DNA from: an uncultured Bacilli bacterium
Lineage (GTDB): Bacteria; Bacillota_I; Bacilli_A; RF39; UBA660
Reading direction: 5' to 3'
DNA length: 64,000 nucleotides
Assembly: GCA_947629205.1 (NCBI GenBank)
Contig: CANRCV010000004.1
Coordinates: 441-64,440, forward strand
Positions 20,291 to 29,290 of the stretch are shown here, piece after piece; position 1 is the first letter of the stretch, and each line of letters starts with the position of its first letter. The position numbers and the translations under genes are program-made. Below the pieces are notes generated by a model. It ran no database searches and had not been told where the DNA came from. It saw only the letters and a list, made by a program, of their open reading frames with translations.

Positions 20291-21094
20291 GTGATGTTCG
20301 AATCTCTATTAAATTTACACCCTATTTTACAAGCGGGGTTTGCAACTCTTTTTACTTGGAGTATCACGGCTATTGGTGCTGCCTTAGTTTTCTTTTTTAA
20401 AAAAATTAATAAAAATATTATGGATGGCATGCTTGGTTTTGCTGGTGGTGTTATGATAGCTGCCTCTTTCTTTTCCTTAATTGCTCCAGCAATTACGATG
20501 GCAGAGAATTTACATTTAATTACTTGGCTTGTTGTTTTTATTGGTTTTTTCTTAGGAGGAGTGCTTCTTTTTATTGGAGACAAAATCTATGATGTTTTTG
20601 AATCCCATCATAAAACAATGCGTAAAAGTAGTTTTAAACGTTGCTTTATGTTAATTACCTCTATAACATTACATAATATTCCAGAAGGCATGGCCGTTGG
20701 AGTTGCTTTTGGTTCAGTAGTATATGGACTAGATGGAGCAACAATTGCTGCAGCATGGACACTGGCTTTAGGAATAGGACTACAAAATTTTCCTGAAGGA
20801 AGTGCTGTTAGTATGCCTCTTCGTCGTGAAGGAATGAGTCGTAAAAAAGCTTTCTTCTTAGGTCAACTTAGTGGAATTGTAGAACCTATTGCTGGTATTC
20901 TAGGAGCAATACTTGTTATAAAGGTACGTATTTTACTTCCCTATTTACTTGCTTTTGCTGCTGGGGCTATGATTTATGTTGTTGTAGAAGAATTAATCCC
21001 TGAAAGTCAAACGAATAAGAAAAAAGATGTTATGGCTTTATTTACTTTAATTGGATTTTCCGTTATGATGATACTCGATGTTGCTTTAGGTTAA
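20291..21094 (+). CDS. zupT: ZIP-family zinc transporter
   Basis: 267 aa, 8 TM; HNIPEGMAVG and PEGSAVS motifs; AAGGAG RBS. Confidence 0.85.
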   Translation: MMFESLLNLHPILQAGFATLFTWSITAIGAALVFFFKKINKNIMDGMLGFAGGVMIAASFFSLIAPAITMAENLHLITWLVVFIGFFLGGVLLFIGDKIYDVFESHHKTMRKSSFKRCFMLITSITLHNIPEGMAVGVAFGSVVYGLDGATIAAAWTLALGIGLQNFPEGSAVSMPLRREGMSRKKAFFLGQLSGIVEPIAGILGAILVIKVRILLPYLLAFAAGAMIYVVVEELIPESQTNKKKDVMALFTLIGFSVMMILDVALG

Positions 21095-21097
21095 AAA

Positions 21098-21132
21098 ATA
21101 ATTCTTGCCCAAAAACAAGAATTATTTTTTTA
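21098..21132. terminator. Bidirectional intrinsic terminator
   Basis: ataattcttg-cccaaaaa-caagaattat perfect 10-bp stem with A-run upstream and T-run downstream. Confidence 0.7.
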
Positions 21133-21262
21133 TCATTTTTATTCCAATCATAATCCATAAGAGACCTAAAACTACATATATAATTTCTTTTTTGAGTACA
21201 CTACTTACTAAAAAACAAATTCCTGCTAGGATTGGCAGTACGGCTGCTATTTTTCTATTCAT
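21122..21262 (-). CDS. Putative 46-aa membrane peptide
   Basis: MNRKIAAVLPILAGICFLVSSVLKKEIIYVVLGLLWIMIGIKMIKK; AGGAG RBS 7 nt upstream; 3' end overlaps terminator stem. Confidence 0.3.
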   Translation of the reverse strand: MNRKIAAVLPILAGICFLVSSVLKKEIIYVVLGLLWIMIGIKMIKK

Positions 21263-21271
21263 ACACGACTC

Positions 21272-22036
21272 CTATCTTTTTATATCGAATAATTCATTGT
21301 TTTTTTCAAAGTCTCTAATAATTTCATCACGAAATACAAAATATACTTCTGGATTAAACTCTTCAATTTTATATAAATATTTATCTATATCATCTTGTAA
21401 TGTTTGATTTGAAATTTTAGTTAAAGGCTTAAAATGACGAAGAGCGTAGTAACCATCTTTATTGATAATGGCGTTTAATGTCCCATCAATAACGACCTCT
21501 TCTCCATCTAATGTTGTTTCTACAATACTATGTAAAAATCTAGATTTATCACTATAACCATAACAATATCCAGTCACAATTGTATTATCTCGTCCTAAAT
21601 GAGTTGCTGTTGTTAGGGCTTTTGTAAAACAAGTACCCACTCTTGTATCATCTTCTAAATCTGGACAAGTTTCTAAAGAAATAGGTAGACGTTTTGATAA
21701 AGGCATTACCGTAACAGAAAAATCCTCTTTGTTTACAATAAATCGAAAAAAATTTTTATCTTTTACCTTCTCTATTTTTACTTCTTTTGTACCATTTTGT
21801 CTGCTAATTCTTTCTATTAAACTTTGAAAAAATTTTTCATCTGTATCCTTTTTCGTAAAAGCAGAAATTGTATACAAAATTTCATAATTCTCTTTATCAT
21901 ACCAAGTAGCACCAATTTCTTTTAAATACTCAAGTCCCTCTTTTAGGCCTTTTTTATTACAAAGGTCAGCAAATGTTTCATCAATATTTTGAGAATTATG
22001 AAATTCTTCTTGAAATAAAAGATTATAATTTTTCAT
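21272..22036 (-). CDS. Hypothetical protein
   Basis: 254 aa, soluble; no recognisable motif beyond a Cys/His-containing core (GTCFTKALTTATHLG). Confidence 0.5.
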   Translation of the reverse strand: MKNYNLLFQEEFHNSQNIDETFADLCNKKGLKEGLEYLKEIGATWYDKENYEILYTISAFTKKDTDEKFFQSLIERISRQNGTKEVKIEKVKDKNFFRFIVNKEDFSVTVMPLSKRLPISLETCPDLEDDTRVGTCFTKALTTATHLGRDNTIVTGYCYGYSDKSRFLHSIVETTLDGEEVVIDGTLNAIINKDGYYALRHFKPLTKISNQTLQDDIDKYLYKIEEFNPEVYFVFRDEIIRDFEKNNELFDIKR

Positions 22037-22080
22037 ATGATCATCACCTATTTCTTATTAAAATATTAATACTGCATTCC

Positions 22081-22118
22081 CTTTTGAACTGAAATTTTAT
22101 CATTTTTCAGTTCAAAAG
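22081..22118. repeat. Perfect palindromic element (14-bp stem, 10-nt loop), copy 1; coordinates +/-1
   Basis: cttttgaactgaaa-ttttatcatt-tttcagttcaaaag; shares core aactgaaa-tttYatcatt-tttcagtt with element at 38182..38229. Confidence 0.7.
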
Positions 22119-22189
22119 TGAATAGTTTTTTTTAAAATTTATTAAGTATTAAGCTTTTGTATCACTAGTGGTGACACAATTTCATCACT

Positions 22190-23404
22190 CTATACATTTT
22201 TTTCTAACACAACCATACTTTCTAAATGATATGTATAACTAAACATATCAAATAGTATAACTTTTTTTATTTCATAAACATGTTGTAATTCTTTTAAATC
22301 TCTAGCAAGCGTAAAAGGGTCACAAGAAATATAAAGAATTTTTTGAGCTTTACTTTGTAGTAATAGTTCTAAAGAATTTTTATCCAGTCCTTTTCTTGGA
22401 GGATCAATTAGAATGGTATCAAAATCTTCTTTTATTTTCGGTAGTGTTGTTTTAGCATCTCCAAGTACTGGATAGATATTAGTTCGTTTATTTAACTTAC
22501 AGTTTTCGATATTATCTAAAACAGCATTTTTGATAATTTCAATACTAATTACTTTTTTGGCTTTTTTAGAAGCAACAATTCCAAGAACACCAACACCAGA
22601 ATATAAATCAAGTATGGTATTGGACATACTTATATTTTTTTCGACTTCTTCAAATAAGTGACTTGCAACAAATGGATTGACTTGGAAAAACGCATCATAA
22701 CTAATTTTAAATAACAAGTGATGGATTCGTTCATAAAAATAAGATTGTCCATAAATACATTTGTCATTTAACACAATTCCTACTATTTTCACATTTGCAA
22801 AGTTTTCTTCCTTTACGACTAGAGAATCTTTTGTGTTTATAGAAATTAAAACCTCATCATTGGTATTAGAACGCAAAATGGCTTCTCCATTTTGAATAGA
22901 AAATGTTTTTAAAACATTTATCGCATTATTTAAAACAGGACGTGCTAATAAACACTTTTCAATTGGAATTAACGTATGACTATTTTCTTCATAAAACCCT
23001 ATTGCTCCCTTTATAACTTTTAAAGAAAGTTTATTACGATAAAAGTAATAGTTTTCATTTTCTACCACTTGTATTTCTGAATATTTAATTTGTTCTTTTT
23101 CTAAAATATGTTTTAATTTTTCTTTTTTAAATTCAATGGTATCTGGGTAGTCTAAATGTTCTAAAGTACAACCACCACAAATCGAAAAATAAGGACACTT
23201 AGCTTCTATCCTTTTTTTACTCTTCGTTTTATACTCGATTACTTCTCCAACATTGTATTTTTTTGTTCTTTTGGTAATCTTACAAACGACTCTTTCTTCT
23301 GGCAAAGCATTTTTTATAAAAGTAATCTTGTTGTCAATAAAAGCTATTCCTCTACCTTGATCATCTAAACGTTTTATTTCTACTTCATACATCATAAACA
23401 CCAT
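22190..23404 (-). CDS. rlmD: 23S rRNA (uracil-5)-methyltransferase RumA/RlmD family with TRAM domain
   Basis: 404 aa; N-terminal TRAM, 4Fe-4S Cys cluster CPYFSICGGC, C-terminal SAM MTase (DLYSGVGVLG, DPPRKG). Confidence 0.85.
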   Translation of the reverse strand: MVFMMYEVEIKRLDDQGRGIAFIDNKITFIKNALPEERVVCKITKRTKKYNVGEVIEYKTKSKKRIEAKCPYFSICGGCTLEHLDYPDTIEFKKEKLKHILEKEQIKYSEIQVVENENYYFYRNKLSLKVIKGAIGFYEENSHTLIPIEKCLLARPVLNNAINVLKTFSIQNGEAILRSNTNDEVLISINTKDSLVVKEENFANVKIVGIVLNDKCIYGQSYFYERIHHLLFKISYDAFFQVNPFVASHLFEEVEKNISMSNTILDLYSGVGVLGIVASKKAKKVISIEIIKNAVLDNIENCKLNKRTNIYPVLGDAKTTLPKIKEDFDTILIDPPRKGLDKNSLELLLQSKAQKILYISCDPFTLARDLKELQHVYEIKKVILFDMFSYTYHLESMVVLEKNV

Positions 23405-23426
23405 CTTTATTATACACGAACTTTAG

Positions 23427-23455
23427 GTATATAGGGTATTTTTTCGTTCATACTA
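23427..23455 (+). promoter_or_regulatory. Putative forespore (sigmaG/F-type) promoter of gerA-like operon
   Basis: GTATA-17nt-CATACTA fits sigmaG consensus gHATR-N17/18-CATxHTA; 17 nt before gerAA ATG. Confidence 0.4.
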
Positions 23456-23472
23456 AAAATGGTGATGCAACG

Positions 23473-24909
23473 ATGCAAGAAGAACTTTTAAAACGTTTAA
23501 AACAAGAATTTTCTAAAAATACCGATTTTATTGTTAAAAAAATTAAAACCAAACATTTTAAAACGATTTATGTTGTCTATTTAGAAACCGTTACCGGTAG
23601 TGATAAAGTAAATGATTATATTTTAAAAGGATTAACCAAAATTAATAACTTAAAAAGTGTTAAGAAAAAGGATATTGCTAGTATTATTCCCGGGCCAAAT
23701 ACAGTAGAAGTAACAAAACCTGACCAAATGGAATACTATTTAACCAATGGATTTACTTTAGTTTTAACGAGTGAAGAAATTCTTGCTTTTGAAACCAAAG
23801 CCGATATCAATCGAAGCGTTAGTGTACCAGAGGTGCAAAAATCGATTTATGGACCAAGTGATGCTTTTACCGAAAACATTCAAATAAACTTAGGTCTTTT
23901 AAAACGTCGTATTAAATCCAGTCATTTAAAAAGTGATGATTTGAATATGGGAAGAAAAACCAATACCAAGGTCCAAATTTTATACTTTGATGATATAACA
24001 GACATGCAGATTGTGAATAGTATAAAAGATAAACTTTCTAAAATTGATGTGGATGGAATCATTGATGCTGGAAATATTGCCAATATTTTATGTGAAGATG
24101 AAGCAACACCCTTTCCTACAATTTCGCAAAGTGAAAGACCTGATGTAGTGGCTACAGCTCTTCTAGAAGGAAAAGTATGTATAATGGTGGATACTTCTCC
24201 TTTTGTTTTAATCTTGCCGGCTTTTTTTGCTGATTTTATAAATCCGGTAGTAGATAACTACAATCGAAATGTCAATGTAAATTTTTTAAAAGTTTTACGT
24301 TTTGCATCTTTCTTTCTAACCATGATGATTCCCGGTGTTTATATTGCTTTAGTCAACTACAATATGGAAACGATTCCAACAAGCTTGCTTGTCAATTTTG
24401 CGATGCAAAATGCTGAGGTCCCCTTCCCGACCATTATCGAAGCCATTGTTATGATTATCGTTTGTGAAATATTAAGAGAAAGTGATTTACGTTTTCCCAG
24501 TAATTATGGAAGTGCAATATCGATACTTGGAGCTTTAGTTTTAGGAGAAGCCGCTGTTGCAGCAGGAATCGTAAGTCCCATTATGATTATCATTATTGCC
24601 TTTACATTTATAACCAGTTTAATATTTACGGAACTCGAAGTCATCAACGCCATTCGGTATTTTCGTTTTATTTTTTTAATCCTGGCCGCTTTATATGGTC
24701 TTTATGGAATTGCTCTTGGGCTTATCTACTTTAGCATTCATATTACGAGTGTTTCCACAGCTGGAAAACCATACTACTATCCAATTGTTCCTTTTGATTT
24801 TACTTATATTAAAAAAACTCTATTTAAAGTAAAATACGTAAACGATACCAAACGTAGTAAATTACTCGCTCGTAAAAATCTAATAAAGAAAAAGGTGAAG
24901 CAACAATGA
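23473..24909 (+). CDS. gerAA: Spore germinant receptor A subunit (GerAA/GerKA family)
   Basis: 478 aa; soluble N-domain plus C-terminal 5-6 TM region typical of GerA family. Confidence 0.8.
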   Translation: MQEELLKRLKQEFSKNTDFIVKKIKTKHFKTIYVVYLETVTGSDKVNDYILKGLTKINNLKSVKKKDIASIIPGPNTVEVTKPDQMEYYLTNGFTLVLTSEEILAFETKADINRSVSVPEVQKSIYGPSDAFTENIQINLGLLKRRIKSSHLKSDDLNMGRKTNTKVQILYFDDITDMQIVNSIKDKLSKIDVDGIIDAGNIANILCEDEATPFPTISQSERPDVVATALLEGKVCIMVDTSPFVLILPAFFADFINPVVDNYNRNVNVNFLKVLRFASFFLTMMIPGVYIALVNYNMETIPTSLLVNFAMQNAEVPFPTIIEAIVMIIVCEILRESDLRFPSNYGSAISILGALVLGEAAVAAGIVSPIMIIIIAFTFITSLIFTELEVINAIRYFRFIFLILAALYGLYGIALGLIYFSIHITSVSTAGKPYYYPIVPFDFTYIKKTLFKVKYVNDTKRSKLLARKNLIKKKVKQQ

Positions 24910-25988
24910 AAAGAAAATGGATTATCCTTAGTTTCTTAATATTATTTTGTAGTGGTTGCTATGATTATACGGAAATAAATGATATGTCAATTGTTTCTGG
25001 TATTTCGATTGATTATGAAAAAGATAAGTATAACGTAGCTTTTGAAATTTTAAATACCCAAAATAAAGAAAACCAAGAAACAGATGAAAAAGTCTATGCG
25101 GCTTTTGGTAGTGGTTCTTCTCTATCGGAAGCCTTCTCCAATACTTCATTAGAACTTGCAAACTTTCCTTATATGGCGCATTTAAAAACCATCATCATTA
25201 GTGAAGAAGTGGCAAGATACCACGTAGAAGATATCATTGATTTTTTAATACGAGATAATCATATTCGTAATATTTTTTATTTAACCGTTGCAAAAGGAGG
25301 AAGTGCTTATGATATTCTAAGTAAAACTGATAAAAACAATCCGGTTGTCAGTACTGCTATTGCTAACTTAATTGATAGTGATATATATGCCAATCATATT
25401 GCATCGAATTTAAACTTTGAACAATTTGTAATGAACATTATTGATCCAAGAAAAGATACCTATGTTTCTTCGATTGAAATAAAAGATGATATTTTAAAAC
25501 TAGGACCTCTTGCTATTTTTAAATCCTATCAAATGCAAGAGTATTTAACAGAAGAAGAATCTGCAACCTTTAATGTAATGATTGGAGAATCAAAAGAAGT
25601 CCATTTTAAAGTCAGTTGTCCAAATGATGCAAGTAAATTTATTTCTTTAACGACTTTTAACAAACCAAAATCAAACGTTCAAATTGATGATAACAACGTT
25701 ACCTTAAAAACAGAGGTTGAAACACGTATTGTAGAAAACCATTGTACTATGAACTTTAAAGATAGCAACACCTATGAACAAATTGAAAAACAAATTAAAA
25801 ACCAACTCGAAAAAAACATGCAAAAAGTAATGGAAACGAGTTTAAAAAATGATAGTGATATTTTTCGCATAGAACAAATTTATTATCAAAAATACAAACA
25901 AGATACGGATTTTAAGAAACTACATTACAATTATCAAGCAAGTGCCATCATTAATAGAAATGGATTAATATTTGAGGTGAAATCATGA
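24906..25988 (+). CDS. gerAC: Spore germinant receptor C subunit lipoprotein (GerAC family)
   Basis: 360 aa; lipobox LILFCSGC; 4-nt overlap with A subunit; A-C-B order as in gerK operons. Confidence 0.75.
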   Translation: MKRKWIILSFLILFCSGCYDYTEINDMSIVSGISIDYEKDKYNVAFEILNTQNKENQETDEKVYAAFGSGSSLSEAFSNTSLELANFPYMAHLKTIIISEEVARYHVEDIIDFLIRDNHIRNIFYLTVAKGGSAYDILSKTDKNNPVVSTAIANLIDSDIYANHIASNLNFEQFVMNIIDPRKDTYVSSIEIKDDILKLGPLAIFKSYQMQEYLTEEESATFNVMIGESKEVHFKVSCPNDASKFISLTTFNKPKSNVQIDDNNVTLKTEVETRIVENHCTMNFKDSNTYEQIEKQIKNQLEKNMQKVMETSLKNDSDIFRIEQIYYQKYKQDTDFKKLHYNYQASAIINRNGLIFEVKS

Positions 25989-27022
25989 AATTAGAAAATT
26001 TTTCCGTTCATTATTTTTTAACAAGGTCCTTATTTTTAGGAATTGGATTTTCGTTAATTATTGGGGTTACCAAACAAGATAGTATTCTAGCCTTTATTAT
26101 TGGTACTTTACTCGGTTTAATCTTTATTCATCTCATGAATAAAATTCAACAAGAGAAGGGTTCGAAAACCTTAAATGAACTATTAACAGAAATGAAAGGT
26201 TTAGGTATTTTTTTACGAATTGTTTTTATTTCCTATGGTGTCATTTTGTTATGTGAAGGTTTAACGTTTATTCAATTATTTGCTAGTTCTTTTTTCTTAA
26301 TTCATACCCCTATTTGGTTTATTTCTTTACCACTCGTTCTATTATTACTTCGTATTTGTAAAAATGGTAAAACCACCACTTTTCGTGTTGCCACTTGTTT
26401 GTTTCCTATCTCTCTTTTCTTAACCATTATTTCTTTAGGAACTTTACTTGGTTATGCCAAACTGGATAATGTAAATCCCTTACTCGTAACACTACCAATC
26501 CATTTTTTAAAATCGGTATTTTATTATACAACCTTATCCGTATCTCCCTCTATTTTAATGCTTCTAACAGAAAATAATAAAAGCAATACGTTTTCTTACT
26601 TACTTGGAAGTCTTACTTTAATTTTAAAAATGTTTTTAATCATTGCCATATTAGGTCCAATACTTGCTACCATCTATCGCTTCCCAGAATACATTATTTT
26701 AAAAGAAATTAAAATTTTAGATTTTATTGAAAAAATCGAAAACGTTGTTGCTTTATCTTGGATTTTTGATGAATTTATTTATTTATCAATGGCTTCTTTA
26801 TTAGTAAAAGAATTAATTCCTAAAAAATTTAATTTTCTTCATACTTTACTTGTTATAGCTTCTTTCTTTATTGCTTTCCTATTTATAGGAAAATATTATC
26901 AAAATGAACTCAGTATTTATTATTTATTTCCTATTATTACAACTATCATTGTTCTTCTTATTCTTTTTACTTTCTTTTTCTACTTTTTTAAACAAAAGAA
27001 AAAACAAAAAATAGCAAATTAG
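25985..27022 (+). CDS. gerAB: Spore germinant receptor B subunit (GerAB, APC-superfamily permease)
   Basis: 345 aa, ~10 TM; translationally coupled to C subunit. Confidence 0.75.
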   Translation: MKLENFSVHYFLTRSLFLGIGFSLIIGVTKQDSILAFIIGTLLGLIFIHLMNKIQQEKGSKTLNELLTEMKGLGIFLRIVFISYGVILLCEGLTFIQLFASSFFLIHTPIWFISLPLVLLLLRICKNGKTTTFRVATCLFPISLFLTIISLGTLLGYAKLDNVNPLLVTLPIHFLKSVFYYTTLSVSPSILMLLTENNKSNTFSYLLGSLTLILKMFLIIAILGPILATIYRFPEYIILKEIKILDFIEKIENVVALSWIFDEFIYLSMASLLVKELIPKKFNFLHTLLVIASFFIAFLFIGKYYQNELSIYYLFPIITTIIVLLILFTFFFYFFKQKKKQKIAN

Positions 27023-27035
27023 TTATTTTTTGTTT

Positions 27036-28943
27036 TTATTTGTTTGGAGAAAGGACAATACGGAAGCCATTGTTGTTATGTGCTTCACCACCCATGTTAA
27101 CAAAGGCAAAGACACCAGCACCTGCACCATTTTCAACGGCACCGCCACGAACGAACCAAGGATAGGCACAAATAAACCAGGATTCATCTGCATACCAAAA
27201 GTTAATATTTCTTGGTTGAACTTTATCACTATAAATTTTTTGAACAAATGGTCCTAATTCTCCAGTTGCATCTCCTAGTATTCTTCGATTATATTGATTT
27301 CGATTTGTTCCATAATCATAAATATCATAATATTTAAAATAATCTGTTTCTTCACTAGTTTTAAATGGAATATCTTCTAAAGTAAAGCCACTTTCATAAA
27401 ATGTAAAACCACTATCATCTGTATTTTTCATTGCTCCCATTACATATTCCCAGGCACCTCCACTCATGTCATATACTCCAGTATAATTTTTAGTAGTACT
27501 TGCAACACTACTATCTGGATTTGTATAATTTATTGTATTATTTCCGTCTTGTAATGGTAGTTTATTCTCATAGTTATTGTAAGCATTAAATCCAACAATT
27601 GATTCTTCTGTTGCTGCATATCCTGTTACAAATCCAAGATTATTATTGTTTCTTACCTCTTTACATACTCCATTTTCACAAGTTCCATATTTAGAATGTG
27701 ATAAATATGCAACTGCTCCCCATTCTGTATTTTTCATTAAATGACTATCTAATTCTCTTTGATAATTATAACTCGTATTAAAAGCATTTTTAATATTTAT
27801 ATATCTCCAACTATATACATTTGGCTTTATTACTACTTTTGTTTTATCCACTACATTTGTTTTTTCTTTATTACTACTATTAAATGTAGAAGCATCTGCA
27901 CCTTTATATCCAGTTTCAAACTTTCCTACCCAAAATCCATTTGTATCAAATGCAGTAAATGCTGATGGTGTCATCCATTTATCTACTGCACATTCTCCAT
28001 TCTCTCCACTTGGTGGTGTTATACATTCTATTGTATTATCTACTGTATCATAGATTCCAAATTCTATTTCTATTTCTTGCGATTTTTCTTCATATTCATC
28101 TTGTGAAAGGCTATTATATTCTCCCATATTAAAGATTTTGTATTTATATTTTGGTATCCATACAAAATAACTTTCTATATTCTCTTCTTTTATAGTTCCA
28201 TCTTCTTCTATTATTCCATCATCTTTTAATATGACTGCATTCGCCCACTCTTTCTTAGAATAATCATACCATTCTTCTTCTATATTTGCTTTGGTTACTG
28301 TTCCATCATCTTCATTTATTTTTACTGGTATTAAATTATCTTTTATTACTGGATCTGCTCCATTTAATGTATCATCTGTATATACTTTTGCTAGTGTGTT
28401 TAATGTAGCATTGACTACTACCTTACTTTCAAAGATTTTATTCATGGATTCTTCATCTTCTACTGTTACATGTTCATCCATCCATAGTTTTAAACTATAT
28501 TCTTTACTTTCTTTTCCATTTAGTATTCCTGTTGCTAGTTCATATCCTTTTTTATATTTTTCTAATGTTGTTTCTTTTAAACTATTTAATATTCTTTTGG
28601 TATTACTATTTAATTGTACTGCTATATATTGACTATCTAAAGTTGTATTATTTGTTATACCTAAGTTTACTGTATAGTTAATACTTGTATCACATGTATT
28701 TTCTACTTTAAAAGTAAATGGTGTTAATTCTTTTGCTTCTTCATCTGTTATTGGGTATGCTTTTTCTAAATGAATAGCATCACTTTCATTTTCAAGAATC
28801 AAACTTAAACAATCACTTTGAATTTGATTCATACCTTGTTGTTCTGCAGTAGACGTCCACCATGCAAAACTAGAACCTATCATTACAATTACTGTAAAGA
28901 GCATTCCTACTACTAAATATTTTTTCTTTTTACTTTTTTCCAT
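27036..28943 (-). CDS. Secreted TasA/camelysin-like N-terminal module fused to C-terminal FGE-sulfatase (SUMF1-like) domain
   Basis: 635 aa; signal anchor then SSFAWWTSTAEQ (SipW-type motif, cf. TasA GGTWAAFND); N-domain paralogous to 53369..54088; C-terminal YDMSGGAWEYV...RGGAV...NNNGFRIVL matches FGE-sulfatase domain ends (YDMSGNVWEW...RGGSW...NIGFRCV). Confidence 0.7.
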   Translation of the reverse strand: MEKSKKKKYLVVGMLFTVIVMIGSSFAWWTSTAEQQGMNQIQSDCLSLILENESDAIHLEKAYPITDEEAKELTPFTFKVENTCDTSINYTVNLGITNNTTLDSQYIAVQLNSNTKRILNSLKETTLEKYKKGYELATGILNGKESKEYSLKLWMDEHVTVEDEESMNKIFESKVVVNATLNTLAKVYTDDTLNGADPVIKDNLIPVKINEDDGTVTKANIEEEWYDYSKKEWANAVILKDDGIIEEDGTIKEENIESYFVWIPKYKYKIFNMGEYNSLSQDEYEEKSQEIEIEFGIYDTVDNTIECITPPSGENGECAVDKWMTPSAFTAFDTNGFWVGKFETGYKGADASTFNSSNKEKTNVVDKTKVVIKPNVYSWRYINIKNAFNTSYNYQRELDSHLMKNTEWGAVAYLSHSKYGTCENGVCKEVRNNNNLGFVTGYAATEESIVGFNAYNNYENKLPLQDGNNTINYTNPDSSVASTTKNYTGVYDMSGGAWEYVMGAMKNTDDSGFTFYESGFTLEDIPFKTSEETDYFKYYDIYDYGTNRNQYNRRILGDATGELGPFVQKIYSDKVQPRNINFWYADESWFICAYPWFVRGGAVENGAGAGVFAFVNMGGEAHNNNGFRIVLSPNK

Positions 28944-29000
28944 ATTATCAATTCTCCTATAATTCTAATTTTATTCTAAAAAATAGGGTTTGAATTGTCT

Positions 29001-29041
29001 ATGACATAGATGACATACAATTTAAAAGTTAAATATGACAT
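29001..29041. promoter_or_regulatory. Three ATGACAT direct repeats in divergent intergenic region (candidate operator)
   Basis: ATGACAT at 29001, 29010 and 29035 between divergent TasA-FGE gene and XRE ORF. Confidence 0.3.
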
Positions 29042-29065
29042 CATTGTTTTTAGAGGGAAAACAAA

Positions 29066-29269
29066 ATGTTAAAAGAATATAGAATTAAAAGAGGATATAG
29101 TTTAGAAAAATTAGCAGAATTATGTGAAATATCTTGAAGAAATTTACAAAGAATTGAAAATGGAAAAGCAAATGTGGCTAAATTTGAAACCATAAAAAAA
29201 TTACTTTTTGTTTTAAAAGTAGAAGATAAAGATATTTTAAAATTTATAAAAGAAATAGAAAAAGAATGA
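29066..29269 (+). pseudogene. XRE-family HTH regulator interrupted by in-frame TGA at codon 24
   Basis: GAGGG RBS; MLKEYRIKRGYSLEKLAELCEIS-TGA-RNLQRIENGKANVAKFETIKKLLFVLKVEDKDILKFIKEIEKE-TGA; helix-turn-helix continues through the stop. Confidence 0.55.
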
Positions 29270-29290
29270 ATTATTCAAATCCATTCTTTT

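Noticed and set aside
29135-29137. Whether the organism uses genetic code 4 (TGA=Trp), which would make the XRE gene intact
   Set aside because: TGA is the terminator of rlmN (3929..3931) and prpC (3183..3185), and long ORFs are intact under code 11. So the genome is code 11 and the in-frame TGA in the XRE gene is anomalous.
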